Shown here: positions 26,570-38,789 of the stretch, piece after piece | How the letters are laid out: the number at the start of each line of letters is the position of its first letter | Numbering within the stretch: position 1 is the stretch's first letter | NCBI RefSeq assembly: GCF_018977255.1 | Contig: NW_024704755.1 | Span: 11,594,001-11,658,000, forward strand | Direction of reading: 5' to 3' | Length of the DNA stretch: 64,000 bases | Source: Callorhinchus milii | Taxonomy: Eukaryota | Notes under the pieces: model-generated | What the model was told of the DNA's origin: nothing | Database searches by the model: none | Seen by the model: only the letters and a program-made list of their open reading frames with translations | Program-made: the position numbers and the translations under genes

Positions 26570-27705
26570 ACAACAACAACAAAATTAAATTTGTATAGCG
26601 CCTTTCACGTCGGGAAGACTTACCAGGCGCTAGATAGTCAGAGTTTCCATCCCCGAGCTGGGGATCGGGATTGGGGAGGGTGGAGGCCAGCGGGGGAAGC
26701 AGGGTGATTGAAAGCACGGTCGAAGACGAGGGTCTTGAGATGGGTCTTGAAGGAGGGAAGGGAAGGGGCGAGACGGAAGGACTGTGGAATGGCGTTCCAG
26801 AGGGTGGGGGCAGAGTGGCGGAAAGCCGACGGGAGCCAATCAGGAGAGCCTCGGTCTTATTGATGTTCAACTGAAGAAAGTTAACTCTCATACCGGATTT
26901 GATGTCTGACAGACATTCTGTCAGGACAGCAGTGGTCCTGGAGTCAAGGGTGGAGGCAGAGAGGTACAGTTGGGTGTCATCCGCATACATGTGGAAGTTA
27001 ACCCCATGTCTGCGGATGATGTCACCAAGAGGAAGCATATAGATTTTGAAGAGGAGGGGACCAAGGACAGAGGCCCTGAGGAACGCTGCACGAGACCATG
27101 CGGGGGCTGGAAGAGAAACCATTAGTGGAGATGAAGTGGAGGCAGATGAGAGGTATGACCTGAACCAGCTAAGGACAGAGCCTTGAAGGTTGAGGTGCAA
27201 GGAGAGGTGGTGGGTGAGGATAGAGTGGTCAATGATGTCGAAGGCAGTAGAGAGGTCAAGGAGGACGAGGAGACAGAGGGGGCCCTGCGCGCAGATGGAC
27301 AGAATGTAATTTTGTCATTTTGACCAGGGCTTTTTCTGTGCAGTGGGCCGCACGGAAACCCGATTGGAGAGGTTATTATTATTATTATTATTATTATTAT
27401 TTGTTTGATAGTCTCAATCCTATAGTTACCACCCCAAAAGAGCTGTGGAAATCTGGCTATAAAACCAAAACAATTTTTTGTGGAAGGGAGTGGCGGGTGA
27501 GGAAGGAGCGAAGCTGGGAAGCAACAACTCATACCAGGACCTTTGAGATGAAAGGGAGGTTGGAGATGGGGCGGTAGTTTGAGAGCAGTGATGGGTCCAG
27601 GGAGGGATTTTAAGGATAGGAGTGATGATGGCCACTTTTAATGGGGTGGGAACAGTACCAGTGGACAGGGAGAGGTTTATGATATAAGGCAGCCAATAGC
27701 GTACA
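26570..27705 (-). mobile_element. L2 LINE fragment (RT domain + 3' end, internally deleted)
   Basis: [52 protein letters not shown]; (TTG)n tail at 26570. Confidence 0.9.
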
Positions 27706-27795
27706 GCAGTGTTCCACAAAAAATTGTTTTGTTTTATAGCCAGATTTCCACAGCTCTTTTGGGGTGGCAACTATAGGATTGAGACTATCAGACAA

Positions 27796-27985
27796 ATAAT
27801 AATAATCCTTGCATTTGATATAGCGCCTTATCATGTCTTCTAAATGTCTCAAAGCGCTTCACAGAATATACTGTAAAGTGAATTGACTGTATATTCTGTG
27901 GGCGAAACGCGGCAGCCATTTGCGCACAGCCGTGCCCCACAAACAGTCGTGGATTGAGTGACCAAATCATTATTATTGTTTTTTA
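27796..27985 (-). mobile_element. 5'-truncated SINE of the young family
   Basis: Core and tail match the full-length copies. Confidence 0.8.
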
Positions 27986-28577
27986 GGAATCTAACTTGAA
28001 TTTGTGTCTATTTAAGCTCTTTTTTTTAAAAAAAAGTACAAAAGCATGCTATAAGATATCTACAGGAAAGGGAGAAATGAAGAAGTTCAGAGATGACAGA
28101 TGCAAGACAAAAATATATCATGGCAGGCAGAATTGATCAGCCAGTGTCCTGTTTCATAATGAAAATGCATAGAAAGCGGAACTTGAAAATTCCCCTCACA
28201 CTACTTCTGGAATGTTTCACAAGATATTTCGTAAACAAATTCTTCAAACTCTCTGGTGTGAATTAGAAACTGACACTAATAATATTTCTTGCATTTGCAT
28301 TTTTTTTTGATATAGCGCTTTTCACGTCGGGAGTGAATTAATGATGAAGTGAATTATTGAACCTTAACTCTCCATATGTTAGACCATTCTTTGGTTTCAC
28401 ACCTTACTCATGTACTCTACATGTAACAATTGATCAATAAAACCTAAGATGAATATCAAATGGGGAAAGATAACAGAATTACAACATCCTGTTGCATTGC
28501 ATCATTTCTCGAGAGCAAATGTTATCGCTGGTTGTATTCAGTCTGAAAAACATGTTTAGAAATTCTTCGACAATTCA

Positions 28578-28909
28578 GTAATAATAATAATAATAATAAT
28601 CCTTGCATTTGATATAGCGCTTTTCACGTCGGGAGGACGTCCCAAAGCGCTTCACAGCACACACTGTAAAGTGAATTGACTGTATATTTGTGGGCGAACG
28701 CGGCAGCCAATTGCGCACAGCAATGTCCCACAAACAGTTGTAGATTGAAAATGACCAATTTATTATTGTTTTTTTTGGTTTTGGAGGGATTATTATTAGG
28801 CTCTGTGTGGAGTAAGGAAACTTGCCCAAGGTTTCGCCCTCTGCCTGGAATTGAGCTCAGGTCTCTCGCTTGCAAAGCGAGTGCTCTAACCACTGAGCTA
28901 CAGGACTCC
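28578..28909 (-). mobile_element. Young tRNA-derived SINE, full length, near-identical to 7897-8232
   Basis: Same subfamily-diagnostic segment GGCTCTGTGTGGAGTAAGG and only a few differences from the 7.9 kb copy. Confidence 0.88.
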
Positions 28910-28971
28910 TTGCATGAAGCATCTTTTAGATGGCGAGGACACCTTAAAGCTCCTCACAGAATATATAGTAT

Positions 28972-29245
28972 AACAACAACTTGTATTTACAAAGCACCCT
29001 TTACATGGGGGCTTGGAGCACTTAATGTGTAGTGACTGTATTTTTTTTTGGTCAGCCAGGTGACTGACACGTGCAAAACTCATCACCATGCTTAAGAGAA
29101 TCCAAGACACCAACTTGCATTTATGTAGCACCCTTTACATGGAGTAGTGTCTCAGAGCATTTAACATGTATGACTGTATTTTTGGGGGGGTCGGGTGGGC
29201 GCCTGACACACGTGGAACCCATCACCATGATTCAGAGAATCCAAA
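28972..29245. repeat. Two-copy tandem duplication, unit ~138 bp
   Basis: Both units run CAACTTG(T/C)ATTTA..AGCACCCTTTACATGG...TGACTGTATTTTT...CTGACAC...CATCACCATG..AGAGAATCCAA. Confidence 0.8.
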
Positions 29246-29364
29246 CCAAACTGATAGTTCCATGTATCCTACTTCTTCATGGAAATTCCGGAGATATTTA
29301 TTGGAATGGAATGCACACTCTCTCCCTGGAGGGATGCATCCTGCTTACCTAATCTGGAGAGTCC

Positions 29365-29855
29365 TACAACAACAACAACAACAACAACTTGGATTTATAT
29401 AGCACCCTCCACGCTGGATGGCGTCTCAGAGCGCTTTACAGTAACGGATCCCGGGGCCGGGGGAGGGGGAGGGGGAGGAAGGTGACCAAAGGCGCGGTCG
29501 AAAAGGAAGGTCTTCAGCAGAGACCTGAAAATGGGAAGGGATGGAGCGAGACGAAGGAAGTGAGGAAGGGAGTTCCAGACCCTCGGGGCATAGTGGCTGA
29601 AGGCACGGCCGCCGAGGGTGGAGCAGAGGACTCAGGGGACGAGGTGGAGGCCAGACCTGGAGGAACAAAGGCAACGGGAACTGTTTTGAGGAGAGAGGAG
29701 GTCAGAGAGGTCGGAGGGTGCAGAGGAGTGCAGGGACTTGAATACAAGGATGAGGATCTTGAAATCGATCCTCTCTGGGATAGGCAGCCAGTGCAGTCTG
29801 GCCAGGACTGGGGTGATTGGGGAGCGGAGTTTCATGTGGGTGAGAATGGTACTAG
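29365..29855 (-). mobile_element. L2 LINE 3' fragment
   Basis: ITPVLARLHWLPIPERIDFKILILVFKSLH; (TTG)n tail. Confidence 0.85.
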
Positions 29856-32800
29856 GCGTTGAATGGCTAGAACCAAAGCTTGAAGTCCCCAGGGTGTGTG
29901 TTGGGATAATTGCTGGAGTCGAACCAGCTAAAACCACATAGCTTGCCATTGAAAGCACTTTCTGGCAGAACCATAGAACCATAGAAATTTATAGCACCGA
30001 AGAAAGAAATTCAACCCATTGTGTTTGTGCCAGCTCCCTCGAGAGCAATCCTTTCAGTCACATTTACCCACCCTTTCTCCAAAATCACTGTAGTTGACTT
30101 TTTTTTAAAAAAGTATTTGTCTGATTCCCCTTTGAAGGTCAATACAGATTCTGCCAATTGTACCTGAAAGACACTGAGCTTATCAATCAATAAATAATTA
30201 AATAAATGAACAGAGTAACTTGGTTTACGACAATAATTTAGCGCCGTTCTTTGAGTACTCCAGTAACACCAAAGTTAGAAGTAAGCAAGTAAAACAATAA
30301 GATTTGTTGTTTACTTTGTTTGTTCAGAGAACAATATTAAAGGAAATTCTGTTTTTTGTTATTCCACTTTTCAATATTCAACAACAATAATAAAAAACAT
30401 TTGCATAGCGCCTTTCATGTCAGGAGGATATCCCAGAGTGCTGGACAGTCAGGGATACTCAGAAATAAACTGGAAAGGGAATGTTCCACCACTCTTAACA
30501 TTTGTTAGCAAATTGAAAGTGATCAAGTTTCTAAAGCCCAAAGGTAGGTTTTTAAATGATTTGCTGATGCAGAGGTTCAGGCAGTGGTTGTTTTCACGCA
30601 GTTACTGACAAACATCAAAGCACCAGAGTAAATCACACATATACGAAAAGATATCTTCAATTCAGCAGGAACTGGAGGGTCAGACAAGTCATTAGAAGCA
30701 GGGATATTTTCCACAAAGCTCCTGTTAACTGGGCAAGCCAAAGCCCTAATGATTAGGGTGATCCTATTTGGACAAGCAGTGGGATGTTTGCCAGATGGTG
30801 CTCTCAATGGCAAGCTTTGCAGTTTTAGCTGATTAAACTTCAGCAGTACCCCAACGGACACACACTCTGGGATCCCCAATTCTTGGCTCTTGCCAGCCTG
30901 TGACGAATACTCTTTGGAATTTTAGGCAGTCAATGTCCATCCCATCTGGGAGAGAGTGCACATGCCCTTCCAGACATACCGAAATTTACATGGGTATATA
31001 AGCAGAACTCTTAATGTGGCTTGGACACTCTTAAGCGTGGTGAAGGATTATCACATGGTGTCAGAACAATATTAAAGGAAAGAGTGTTCTGTTGTTCTGG
31101 GCTTTTGCTATTCCATTTTTCAATAATCAGCATTAAAGTGGAAAGTGAACGTTCCATCACATTCAGCTTTGTTAGCAAATTGAAAGTGAGCAAGCTGCGA
31201 AAGGTCAGAAGTAGGTTTTTAAATGATTCACTGATGTAGAGGCTCAGACAGTACTGCAGTTGTTTCGGCTTGGGCCAAAGTTCCCAGTTATATACGCTCT
31301 ATACCTACAATTTTCGCCCACAAATATACAGTCAATTCACTTTACAGTACAGTATGTGAAGCACTTTGAGACATCTAGAATATATGAAAAACGCTATATC
31401 AAGTGCAAGGATTGTTATTTATTTATTAAGTTATACATACCTGCAAGTTATATATACTTATGAGGAAGAACAGAAGGATTATGCAAATACAAAAAAATCA
31501 TTCTTCTCTTGTTTTAATTAAAGCAGTGATAAAATCCTTAATGCACATCAAAATAGTTACGAAATACATAGGCTAACAATTACAGTTTTAATTCTGAGGG
31601 TCTTGTTCTGACTCTTTCATTGATCTCATACTTACAAAATACCCACGCTCCAGTTTTAATAATAATAATAAACCTTGCATTTGATATAGCGCTTTTCACG
31701 TCTTCGAGACGTCTCAAAGCGCTTCACAGAATAGATTGTAAAGTGAATTGACTGTATATTTGTGGGCAACATCAGGCAGCCAATTGTGCACAGCGGTGTC
31801 CCACAAACAGTCGTAGTTTGATGTTTTGAACAAATCCGCATCCAGCCAGGGGGATGATTTCATCCTGGCCCGAACCATTTACAACTTCATTGTCCAACAA
31901 GCAAAAGCTGTAAATCACTTACCTAAGGTATTAATGGGTGGGAGCAATGGCACTTGCCAGAACAGGAGGAGATCCTTAATTTGGCCAACATAACTCCTAC
32001 ATTCTGCCTCTCACAATATGGCTGATTGGCAGACTGGACTGCCAGTCAGGGGGTGGACTGTGGACCATGTCCAGCCTTTGATTGCAAATTGGTTGGGGTG
32101 ATGTACTTATATTAAATTCAATCAATCCCTTCGAGATTTGCTTATTGTTGTTTAAAAAATCTGTACAAATTTTCACATTTCCTGGTTAAAAGATTGCCTT
32201 GTAAATAGAATAGTGAAATTAAGCAATACTGGTGCATAATTTAAAACTTCGGATTTCTATATAATTCTTACGGATTATGTTTCTCGAAGTGACAGATAAA
32301 AATATTGCTTATGCCGTCAAGGATGTTTCTCAGATCCGGAATCCATCTCCTCCTTAAATGCAACACCGCTTATTAGCTCGCTGTTTGGCAAGCTTTCCTA
32401 CTGCTTTTCTAGCTAGGACCACCCTACCTCTTAGGGCTTTTTCTTGCAGGGTTAACAGGAGCTGTGGGAAGGATTCCCTGGCCCCAGTGACTGGTCTGCC
32501 CTTCCAAATCCTACCGATAAGCCAGGCTGGCCATGCTGTCCTCAGCAGTGCCCTGGAATACTGTGGATCCGCCTGGCTCAGGAACCGGACTATTGAGATC
32601 GATACAGAAGGCTGGCTCGATTCTGACATTCTGTTGCCAAACATGTCAACGTGGAGCTAGTTCAGCTCCAAGGAGACCCAACTTACCTACCCCCAAGGAG
32701 AATAGTTACTAGTTGGTCATTCAACATCTGACAAGCACGGGTTTGAGCCCTCACTCAGTGGATGGTAGGTGAACTCCCTGCCTTGGGCTATTGATTCACT

Positions 32801-32979
32801 CTGATCTCCCGACAAATCCCAAAGAAAACATTCCAGAAAATCAAAACACCAGGAAGAAAAAAAATGAAAGCAAATGCACAGAAGAGCAAAATTGATACAA
32901 ATCAATATCTCCATACAATCATCAGAAATTCTTCTCTACAGGATAATCAATGTATATATACAGACAACAGAATATAATC

Positions 32980-33320
32980 AACCTGTCCGCTCCCTCTGCT
33001 CAGCAGGCTCTGACCTGCTCATGACCGCGCCTGGCCCACTCCACCATCAGCGGCCGGGCCTTCAACCTTTCTGCCCCCACCCTATGGAACTCCATGCCAC
33101 AGTCTCTTTGCCTCGCTTCCTCCCTTGTCTCCTTCAAGGCGCATCTCAAAACCCTCCTCTTCGACCGAGCCTTCAGCTACCCTCCTATCCTCCTCGCCCT
33201 CCACCCTCCCAACCTCCACCCTCCCTGATCCCAACCCCCAGCTCGGGTCCAAGTCCCTGACTGCCCAGCGCCTTGGGACGTCCTCCCGACCTGAAAGGCC
33301 CTATACAAATGTAATTTGTA
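32980..33320 (+). mobile_element. L2 LINE 3' fragment
   Basis: Ends GCGCCTTGGGACGTCCTCCCGACCTGAAAGGCCCTATACAAAT, as in the other L2 ends. Confidence 0.8.
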
Positions 33321-33895
33321 AGTGTAATTCTATGAAATGTCACAACTGATCAGGGCAATTCTTGTTTCCACGCATTTCACCCACAAAGTACACAGTTCAT
33401 CCATTTTACAATATATCCTGTGAAGCGCTTTGAGATGTCACAACAACGTGATAAGGCGCTATATCAAATGCAAGAAATATTATTATTATCGCAGAAGAGA
33501 TAGTTCAACACACTTGTCAATGAGATGGAGGAGCTGAATGGATAGCAACCCTGTCTGAAAACATGCTGATGCTAAAATATACAGTAGCAACTGGGCTGAA
33601 ATACAATTTAACAGTTCTGCCACAGCCTTATTCGTACGATTGTTTTATTGAGCATGAAGGATGATAAGCAAGATAATGACATTTATAATTTGAGTTGAGT
33701 ATCAGCACAGAATATTACAGTGTCAGTCCACGGCACTCACAGTCAGATTGTTCTGGCAAAAGTGCGAAGCAGACAGACAATAAGCACAATTCTCAGGTGG
33801 TGGAGAAAAATGAACTGTAGAGAAAATAGAGTGTCCATCCAAGTCAAAAAAAAATCGCCTTAAATGCCTTTTCCTTAGGAAAAACACAGAACTAT

Positions 33896-34924
33896 TTAAG
33901 TGGTCTGCAGAGAATGCATTTCCTGCATAGTGAGGCTAATCTCGGTTCCTGTTTTAATTACGGTTTCCCTCCTGGAATCATCTTTGATGGAATGTGTCAG
34001 CTGATCAAATAACCTGGCGAAGCTGGATGCTCGTAAACCACTTTGAAATTTCCGGGCGGCGAAAGCGTAAAGTATAGGGTTCACGCAGCTATTGATAAAG
34101 GTCAAAGCACCTACGATATGGACTACATGTTCAACAGCATTCTCTAGTGCGTCTGACATGTCCTTGTCCGAGTTCTTCATCAACAGCGCTGTGGTGGAGA
34201 TCATGTTGACGAGGTGGTGAGGCACCCAGCAGATGAAAAACGCCACCATGATACTGACGATCACTTTGCCTGTGTTGTTGGGACGAGTGAAGTTCATCTG
34301 CTTGATTTTTCTGACGATGCAGACATAGCAGACAGTCAGCACTGTGAAAGGGATTGCGAAAGAGACCACAATCTCTAAAACCTGGACTGCTTTCTGCTGT
34401 CCATCTGAAGAGTAATTTCTATAGAAACATTGTTGATTCCCACTGGGGTCCGTGTCTATCTCCTGAACCAATAAGATTGGAATGGAGAAGAGAAAAGCCA
34501 AGATCCAAACTACAAGCACCGTTTTAACAACAACATGGTTCTTCCTCCACTTTTGGATAACAAATGGATAGAGCACAGCCAAGAAGCGGTCGATGCTCAT
34601 CATCATGATGAGGAACACACTGATGTACATGTTGCAGCAAACAATGTAGGAAATAATCTTGCACATAGCCTGTCCAAAGTCCCAGCTGTTTAAGAAGGCA
34701 TAAATCCACAGAGGCAAGGTGATCAGTACCAGGAAGTCAGCAACGGCCAGGTTTAGTATCAACACTACAGTGGGAGATCGCTGCCTCATGGTACAGAGTA
34801 TAATCCAGATGACTAAGAAATTGCCTGGAACTCCGATAAGGAAAGCAGAGCCCAACACTAAACTGGCCGTTATTCCTGCTAGATCGGTCGACTGATCAGT
34901 TTCATTGCTGCTTGACAACTCCAT
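33896..34924 (-). CDS. LTB4R: Leukotriene B4 receptor-like GPCR, intronless, intact (~342 aa from ATG at 34924)
   Basis: ORF track begins at a TTG (34951); first in-frame ATG is 34924 (MELSSSNETD, N-glycosylation sequon). GVPGN, LNLAVAD, WDFG, MCKI, SIDRF, QQCFYRNYSSD, CWVPHH and NPILY are all present. Paralogue of the 23.8 kb gene. Confidence 0.9.
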   Translation of the reverse strand: MELSSSNETDQSTDLAGITASLVLGSAFLIGVPGNFLVIWIILCTMRQRSPTVVLILNLAVADFLVLITLPLWIYAFLNSWDFGQAMCKIISYIVCCNMYISVFLIMMMSIDRFLAVLYPFVIQKWRKNHVVVKTVLVVWILAFLFSIPILLVQEIDTDPSGNQQCFYRNYSSDGQQKAVQVLEIVVSFAIPFTVLTVCYVCIVRKIKQMNFTRPNNTGKVIVSIMVAFFICWVPHHLVNMISTTALLMKNSDKDMSDALENAVEHVVHIVGALTFINSCVNPILYAFAARKFQSGLRASSFARLFDQLTHSIKDDSRRETVIKTGTEISLTMQEMHSLQTT

Positions 34925-34983
34925 CTCGGGACCGTCTTGAACGCCTTTCAAGATTGTACTGAGAAACTTCTCTTTATTCTCAA

Positions 34984-35040
34984 AGTGACTTCCTCATAGA
35001 AACTAATTCACCCACAAACAAGGTTAGTGTTGTGCAACAG
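34984..35040 (-). promoter_or_regulatory. Candidate myeloid promoter module (PU.1/ETS, RUNX, C/EBP) upstream of the 33.9 kb receptor
   Basis: Minus strand ATGAGGAAGTC ~65 bp upstream of ATG 34924, plus TGTGGG and GTTGCACAAC. Motif match only. Confidence 0.4.
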
Positions 35041-35554
35041 TCACAAGTAGTTTCTTCAACTCCCAAAGCTCTGTTAACAAATGTGTTTAGCTGGAGAGGT
35101 TTCACTCGGAGCAGTGAAAGATCTGACTCAATGTCCTTTTTCAGAGCCTTTTCATTCCATTCTGCCCCCACTCTCAGAAACATTGTCCTCAAAATCCATT
35201 TATCTTGTTCTCTCTCTCTCGCTGCCTTCAAACCTCATTAAAGTGTAACTTTTTGCAAGTGTCTTTGGTTAACACTCTGAATATCCCCCTATACATGTGG
35301 TCATCAAGTTAGAAACTTGATGCATACATAAAGGAGAAGGGAATTGATGAGAGGGAAATAGAAGAGGTGGAGGCTTGTATGAAGTACAAGAGACGCCATC
35401 CGGCATGGAGGGCGCCATATAAATCAAAGTTGTTGTTGTCGTTGTTGAAGTAGAAACACCGGCACTGTCTAGTTGGGTCAAATGGCCTGTTATCATGCCC
35501 GATCACTCTATGTACATCTATGCAGCTCTTATGTAACTGTGAAGTACTTTACAA

Positions 35555-36415
35555 TAACAACAACAAGATTACATCCCAAGGTGCTGGACAGTGTACAGCA
35601 TTTCAGACCTGAGCTGGGGTCAGGGAGGGAGAAGGGAGGGGAGGGGAAGGGGGGTGACTGATGGCATGGTCGAAGAGGAGGGTTTTGAGGCGGGACTTGA
35701 AGGAGGCTAAGGAGGGGGCGAGGCGGAATGATTGGGGGATGAAGTTCCAGAGGTTGGGGGCAGAGTGGCTGAAGGCTTTCCCGCCACTGGTGGGGCGGGT
35801 GGGACGGGGGACGTGGAGCAGGCCGGAGCCTGCTGAGCAGAGGGAGCGGGCAGGTTGGTAGGGGGTTAGGAGGTCACAGTGGTAGCATGGGGTGAGGACA
35901 TGGAGAGCTTTGAGGTGAGGACCAGGATCTTGAACTGGATCCTCTGAAGGATAGGGAGCCAATGGAGTCGGGCGAGAATGGGGGAGATGGGGTCACAGAG
36001 TTTGGTGCGGGAGAGGACACGGGCTGCAGAGTTCTGGATTATCTGCAGCCTGTGGAGGGAGGAGTTGGGAAGGCCGACAAGCAGAGCGTTTGCATAGTCG
36101 AGCCTGGAGGTGATGAAGGCATGAACAAGAGTTTCAGTGGCCTGAGGGGTGAGGTAGTGACAGAGTCGGACTATGTTACGGAGGTGAGGGAAGGCAGAGC
36201 GGGTCATGGCTTGGATAGGGGGGGGGTTGAACAAGACCCCTAGGTTCCTGACTGGCTTGGTGAGTTGAAGTGTGCAACCATGGAGGTTGATGCTGCCAGA
36301 GCCTGAGGTGCTGAGGCGCTGGCGTGAGCCAATCAGAAGGGCCTTAATCTTCTTCACATTCAACTGTAGGAAATTTTCCCTCATCCAGGACTTGACGTCC
36401 GACAGGCAGTCTGAA
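35555..36415 (-). mobile_element. L2 LINE 3' fragment
   Basis: NFLQLNVKK...ETLVHAFITSRLDYANALLVGLP...LQIIQNSAARVL...LHWLPI. Confidence 0.9.
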
Positions 36416-36639
36416 TTACTTTAATAATAATAAGAATAATCCTTGTATTTGATATAGCGCTTTTCACGTCGGGAGGACGTCCCAAAGCGCTTCACAGAAC
36501 TTTAAGCAATTCATCACACACAAAAGATATATGTACTAATAGCTGACAGCAAATTTCAAACTAGCAAGTATGTAAAAATAGAAAGGGTTGTTTGGGAAAA
36601 AAAGCTTTTTTAAAATTTAATTTGCTGCTGTGGCCCCTA

Positions 36640-37045
36640 GTGACAGAGCAAAGGAGAGCAATAAGGATGATTCCCAGTGTTAGAGGAATAAACTATGAAC
36701 AACGAGTAGACAAACTACGGCTCTTCAGTTTTGAGAGAAGACAACTCAGAGAAAACCTCATAGAGGTAAATAAATTTTAAAGGCATTGAAAAAGGTAAAC
36801 CAAATCAATATATTAGGATGCAACAAGAATAATAGAATAAGTGGACATAGATTTAAAATTATAATGGGCAAATATCTGGACAGATCCCAGGAAGTTTTTC
36901 TTTACTCAGAGGGTTGCCAGGAAAGATAGTAGTGGCCAAGACATTGGAGTGCTTTAAGGGGAAGCTTGTTGCAGTGATGGTGATCTGGAGGTATAAGATC
37001 GGATGGTCGAAAGACCTTCTTCACCCAGACCAGTATCTTGTGATT
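36640..37045 (+). mobile_element. Old CR1 LINE 3' fragment
   Basis: QRRAIRMIPSVRGINYEQRVDKLRLFSFERRQLRENLIEV. Confidence 0.75.
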
Positions 37046-37434
37046 TGTAAAAAAAAACTGATTTACAAAACACTTGAGGACAGTTAGTTTTTTAAAACTG
37101 ATTTCACAAAATACCTGGATGGTTATTTGTAAAAGTCAATCATTTGATTTAAAAAAATGAAATAAATCCACTTTTATTTATTTCCCCATAATTTGGGTTG
37201 AATGAACTTTTGTAAGCCAGATAAATGGTGACAAACTAAGCATAGGAAAGACTCTCACTGCCTAAAAGTCCTCTACATTTTAGTTAACATCTCCCATTCA
37301 TCTGCTGTCTAATGTATTTGCTTTTACAAGCACAGTTCCTGTGGTTTGAGATGTGGGCATTTTAAGTCTGAGTACAAATATTTAATTTGTTAGTTGGAGC
37401 TTTTCATACAGAAAAACATATTATGTTGCTAGTA

Positions 37435-37592
37435 GAAGTGTGTGTGTAAAAATACACTGTGTAAAATGCTGTGTGTGTGTAAAGCATTGTATGTGTGAAT
37501 GTGTAAAACACTATGTGTGTGTATATGTGTGTGAGTGTAAATGCTGTGTGTGTAAAACACTGTGTGTGTGCAAAACACTGAGTGTGTGTATG
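37435..37592. repeat. Degenerate (TG)n-rich minisatellite (approx. TGTGTGTGTAAAACAC units)
   Basis: Visible repeating TG tracts interrupted by AAAACAC/AAATGC. Confidence 0.8.
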
Positions 37593-38789
37593 TAATTGAA
37601 CCATAAGTTGATGCCCACCCAAATTTTCATCCCTAGCTATGCACTGTTATCATTTAATTGATCTGCTTGTTACTTGCTAACCCTTTTATCAGGTGATCAA
37701 AAAATGTCTGTGGGTGTGAAAATTGAGGAACTGGCGTATATTGGTTTTCTCGTATAATTACAAGAAAAGACAACAAACCAAACAGAATTTGTTTTTCACT
37801 TCATGCCTACTGCTGTGTACAAATTGGCTGTTGTGTTTACTACAAATACACAGTCACTACTCTTCACTACAAAAGTCCTGTGAAGCGATTTCAGACATCT
37901 GGACGATGTGATTAGGCACTATATCAAATCACTATATCACTAAATCCACGACTGTTTGTGGGACATTTCTGTGCGCAATTCACTTTACAGTCTATTCTGT
38001 GAAGCGCTTTGAGACGTCGATGAGACGTAAAAAGCGTTATATCAGATGCAAGGATTATTATTATTATTATTATATCAAATGCAAAGATTATTAACCAAAC
38101 TACTGAGAATTACACCACAATCTGCTGGATTCCTACACCCTGACTCGAGCTTGCCTCCTGCTCTGTGAGTGAGTTTTCAATCACTTTGCCCACCGCTCTT
38201 TCCTGAAATCCCTCCGCCACTCCCTCCTGCTCTGCTTTCAAGCCCCATCTAAAAATCTCTCTGACTGTGCCTTCAGACAATTCAAACCTAGGAGCCTCCG
38301 CAGTCCTCTTTCCTCATCCACCCCTAGCTCCCATTAAGCCTATAGGACATGCCTGGGATTTATGGGACATTGCTTAGTGCATAATGGCTACTGCTTTCAC
38401 CTTCAAAATCAGTCAATGCAGTTGACAATAATCAATGTGGTCATTAATGCAAGGATTATTAAAAATGCAAGTTCTTCTGCTGGATAGGGAATTACTCTTT
38501 CCTCCGGTAGGGGATCCAAAACAAGGGGACATAGTCTTAAGCTTGCGAGATCAATGCAAGTTGGCAGACACAATGGGCTGAACGATCTTCTTCTGTGTCA
38601 TTAATTTCAATTTCTATGCATCTAAGGTAATCAGTAACTGGAACAGGGTACCAGGAAAGGTAATGGAGGCCAGGACACTGGACTCACTCAGAAAGCAGCT
38701 TGATACAGTGATGGGAGATGCTATGGTGGGTGTCCTGGAAGGATGAGATCCGATGGGCTGAAGCACCTTCTTCATCCAGACCAATTTGT

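Noticed and set aside
32354-32660. Overlapping ~100-aa ORFs in GC-richer unique sequence
   Set aside because: No recognisable domain or exon structure; possibly an unrecognised repeat fragment.
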